The position numbers and the translations under genes are program-made. 64,000 nt of DNA from a virus (Duplodnaviria > Caudoviricetes): IMG/VR virus record IMGVR_UViG_3300042993_000007, positions 71 to 64,070 of that record. One strand, given 5' to 3'. Below are positions 61,888 through 64,000 of this stretch, one piece after another. The notes beneath the pieces are model-generated. The model was not told the origin of the DNA and made no database searches. It was given only the letters and a program-made list of their open reading frames with translations. How positions within the stretch are numbered: position 1 is the stretch's first letter; each line of letters starts with the position of its first letter.

Positions 61888-62400
61888 TTAATCGTCGCCG
61901 AGAACGATGTATGCGATATGCACACTGCCGCTCACGGTGAAGGCTGCCGCGCCAGAAATCGACGTGTCGTCGATCAGCACGTTCAAATTGATGTTCTTGT
62001 CGCCTGCGGTGTTGTCGATAATGCCACCACCCAGGGCGTCCGTGGACACACCGCGGATCACTGGGGAAACCTTGGCGGTTGCCGCACCGAATGCAGTGGA
62101 CGGAACGAGGTCGGCTTCGTTGGCATCGGCTACGTCATTGTCAACGGTGGCCACAGTGCCAAGGCTAAAGTCGCCGTCAAACGTTGTGGTAACGTCCGCG
62201 TCGGCGGTGGTGAATTGCAGGTACGCCACAGCACCCAGGAACAACAGGTTGCCCACTGGCAGGGCTGCAACGACGGTGGTGCCGAAACCTGGGGCGCCAT
62301 CGGCCACGTTGACGGTTTCAACAACACGGATGTTCTGTTTGGTGATTGGTTGCGCCGTGGATTTGGCGCGAGAAAGCGAGCGTGCGAGACCTTTGCTCAT
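61888..62400 (-). CDS. Putative capsid decoration protein
   Basis: ATG 62400 with GAGGT SD; beta-rich; directly after capsid gene. Confidence 0.6.
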   Translation of the reverse strand: MSKGLARSLSRAKSTAQPITKQNIRVVETVNVADGAPGFGTTVVAALPVGNLLFLGAVAYLQFTTADADVTTTFDGDFSLGTVATVDNDVADANEADLVPSTAFGAATAKVSPVIRGVSTDALGGGIIDNTAGDKNINLNVLIDDTSISGAAAFTVSGSVHIAYIVLGDD

Positions 62401-62429
62401 GGTACACCTCAATACGAATATGGGTAAAC

Positions 62430-62455
62430 AAACCAGGACCCGAAGGTCCTGGTTT
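62430..62455 (-). terminator. Intrinsic terminator after major capsid gene
   Basis: AAACCAGGACC-(CGAA)-GGTCCTGGTTT. Confidence 0.75.
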
Positions 62456-62462
62456 ACGCCGC

Positions 62463-63482
62463 TTAGAATTCGCGGGTGACCAAGCGTGCAACCGGGATCT
62501 GCTTACGCTCAGGGAACACACGACGCCAGGAGGCAGCGGCACCCAGGTTGTTCGCGGTGGCTGCGTTGGACGGGCCACCAACGGCAGGAGTGCCGATGTA
62601 GGCGTGGCCGACTGGGTGCAGTGCCCACTCTACACGGCTGTGCAGAATGTCCTGGCCCGAACCGTTACCAGCGCTAGCGATACGGTCGGTTTCAGTTGGC
62701 ACACGCGCCGAGCCGTTACCCATTGCAAAGGCACCGCTACCGAACAGCCAGGTTTCGAACACGCCAGCCGACTGGGTGATACCGTCGTCTACAATGACGC
62801 GGCGACCCAGGAAGGTTGGGATGTTGATAACACCGTTGGCATCCGGGATGAAGTCGATCAGGTTGTTCTTCTGAGCCCGTGCATACACAACAGAGTGCAT
62901 ACCCACCAGCGTCAGATCGCCCATTGCGTCGCCCATGGTCAGGGTGGCGTCAATGAAACCTTCAGCGCTGAAGTCGGTAGTACCAGCCGCATACGCACCA
63001 CCCTTGATGTCGTGGGTCATGTCGTACTGGGTGTGGTAGGCGTCAGTCGCCGCATCGTTGTTGAGGAAGATGCCGCCAACGGTGGCGATGAACGCTTTCT
63101 GCAAACGGCGGGTCCAGTAGGTAGCAACCAGACGTGCGATCGCTTCCATTGGATCCGGGCCTGCCAGGGCGTTGGTCAGGTCCATGGAGCTCCAGGACTT
63201 GTTACGCGACAGACGTACCGCAATTTCTTGCAGGGTCTGGATTTTGCCTGGGGTGGACAGAACCGCTGGGTCGTCGCTACCGATGTCCTCGTCCTCGTTA
63301 GTGAGGTCTTTGAACGACGGTGCGTGTACGGTCAGGCCAGGGCCTGCCAGGAACTGGCTCAACATTTGGCTTTCAACCATTGCGCCGGAACGCAGGATGG
63401 CCGACAGCTCTTTGCTGAGGTTTTGAACATACGGGTTGAAAACTTCCGGAACAATGACGTCCGAGATGCGAGTAGTGGCCAT
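62463..63482 (-). CDS. Major capsid protein
   Basis: 339 aa; ISDVIVPEVFNPY, RNKSWSS.DL, FLGRRVIVDDG; AGGAG SD. Confidence 0.9.
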   Translation of the reverse strand: MATTRISDVIVPEVFNPYVQNLSKELSAILRSGAMVESQMLSQFLAGPGLTVHAPSFKDLTNEDEDIGSDDPAVLSTPGKIQTLQEIAVRLSRNKSWSSMDLTNALAGPDPMEAIARLVATYWTRRLQKAFIATVGGIFLNNDAATDAYHTQYDMTHDIKGGAYAAGTTDFSAEGFIDATLTMGDAMGDLTLVGMHSVVYARAQKNNLIDFIPDANGVINIPTFLGRRVIVDDGITQSAGVFETWLFGSGAFAMGNGSARVPTETDRIASAGNGSGQDILHSRVEWALHPVGHAYIGTPAVGGPSNAATANNLGAAASWRRVFPERKQIPVARLVTREF

Positions 63483-63581
63483 GATTGGTCTCCTGGCTCA
63501 AGTTGGTTAAACTCGAAGGCAAGGACTCATGTCCAGCATTCTGAAGGTTTACTTGGGGCACATGCCCGCGATACAGAACAT

Positions 63582-63610
63582 AAATTAGCTATATCGCGGG
63601 CACGGTGCAA
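63582..63610 (-). promoter_or_regulatory. Candidate promoter for capsid gene with -10 inside an inverted-repeat loop
   Basis: TTGCAC-N17-TAATTT; arms TGCCCGCGATA (63563-63573) and TATCGCGGGCA (63592-63602). Confidence 0.45.
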
Positions 63611-63618
63611 GTGATGCG

Positions 63619-63895
63619 TTATTTTTTAGCGGCTGGACGTGGGCCACCGATAGTCGTACCAGCGGACTTCGCCATCTGGTCGGCACGGGTTGGGTTCTCT
63701 TTATAGAGACGGCCTTGTTCAGTCATGTTCCAGTTCGCATCGGACCAAGGGTTGACGCCACCGCCACCACCTTTGCCGCCAGTTGCGCCACCACCCTGGG
63801 ACGGACCCCACCAGTGCGGACGCTTTGGCTGCATCTCGGTTAACCACACAGTAGGGTCGATGCCAGGGGTAACGCCGACACCTTCTTTGGCGGTA
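63619..63895 (-). CDS. Capsid scaffolding protein, 3' part
   Basis: ...VFSVDESG...GGGATGGKGGGGGVNPW...PRPAAKK stop at 63619. Confidence 0.85.
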
Positions 63896-64000
63896 ACGCT
63901 GCCGCTTTCATCGACGGAGAACACGCGCTCGCCCAGCAGGATGGCGTCGTCGATCGCGGTGTCCAGCAGGCCGGACTTCTTGCCTGCAACACGAATCGAG
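63896..64000. repeat. Exact 105-bp terminal overlap (copy 2)
   Basis: Identical to 1-105. Confidence 0.97.

Noticed and set aside
27049-63614. Long antisense ORFs (27049-28044, 34764-35717, 36081-37148, 53203-54195, 61405-62427, 62346-63614; also 3271-4137 and 183-572)
   Set aside because: Each fully overlaps a recognisable gene on the other strand; expected from GC-rich codon bias; no motifs or SD.
63896-64000. 105-bp repeat as a biological direct terminal repeat
   Set aside because: It lies inside an in-frame coding sequence; better explained by assembly overlap or window wrap-around.

Overview
The window is one complete, apparently lytic, long-tailed (siphovirus-type) phage genome. Bases 1-105 repeat exactly at 63896-64000 and the scaffolding gene reads in frame across the join, giving a circular unit of 63,895 bp. 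I saw no integrase, repressor, tRNA or CRISPR array. The host is probably Pseudomonas or a close gammaproteobacterium (inference from a SutA-like domain and a DSFDDDIPF SSB-tip motif). Layout: (i) minus-strand head, packaging and lysis genes (1-8.6 kb and 59-64 kb); (ii) about 40 small minus-strand early/accessory genes plus a UvrD helicase (8.3-22.1 kb); (iii) an AT-rich divergent control region (22.1-22.7 kb); (iv) plus-strand replication/recombination genes (primase-polymerase, MazG-like, RNase H, ligase, Sak4-like ATPase, polyQ SSB-like protein, Cas4-like nuclease, RadD-like helicase, clamp, PolB); (v) a 7-deazaguanine DNA-modification operon (queE, queC, YdjM-like hydrolase, QueF-like, queD, folE, dpdA); (vi) a GTA-like tail module (45-59 kb) with a -1 frameshift. 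Best leads: two extra genes embedded in the deazaguanine operon (a QueF-L-like T-fold protein hidden inside a mis-started ORF, and a membrane metal-hydrolase) together with a QueC lacking its zinc cysteines; a RadD-like helicase ending in a bacterial SSB C-terminal tip while the phage SSB-like protein has a polyQ tail instead; a SutA-like RNAP-binding domain fused to HTH-like repeats; a four-member paralogous domain family flanking the modification operon; a degenerate half DEAD-box protein; and a 330-nt structured leader. All family assignments come from motif recognition by eye; no searches were run.
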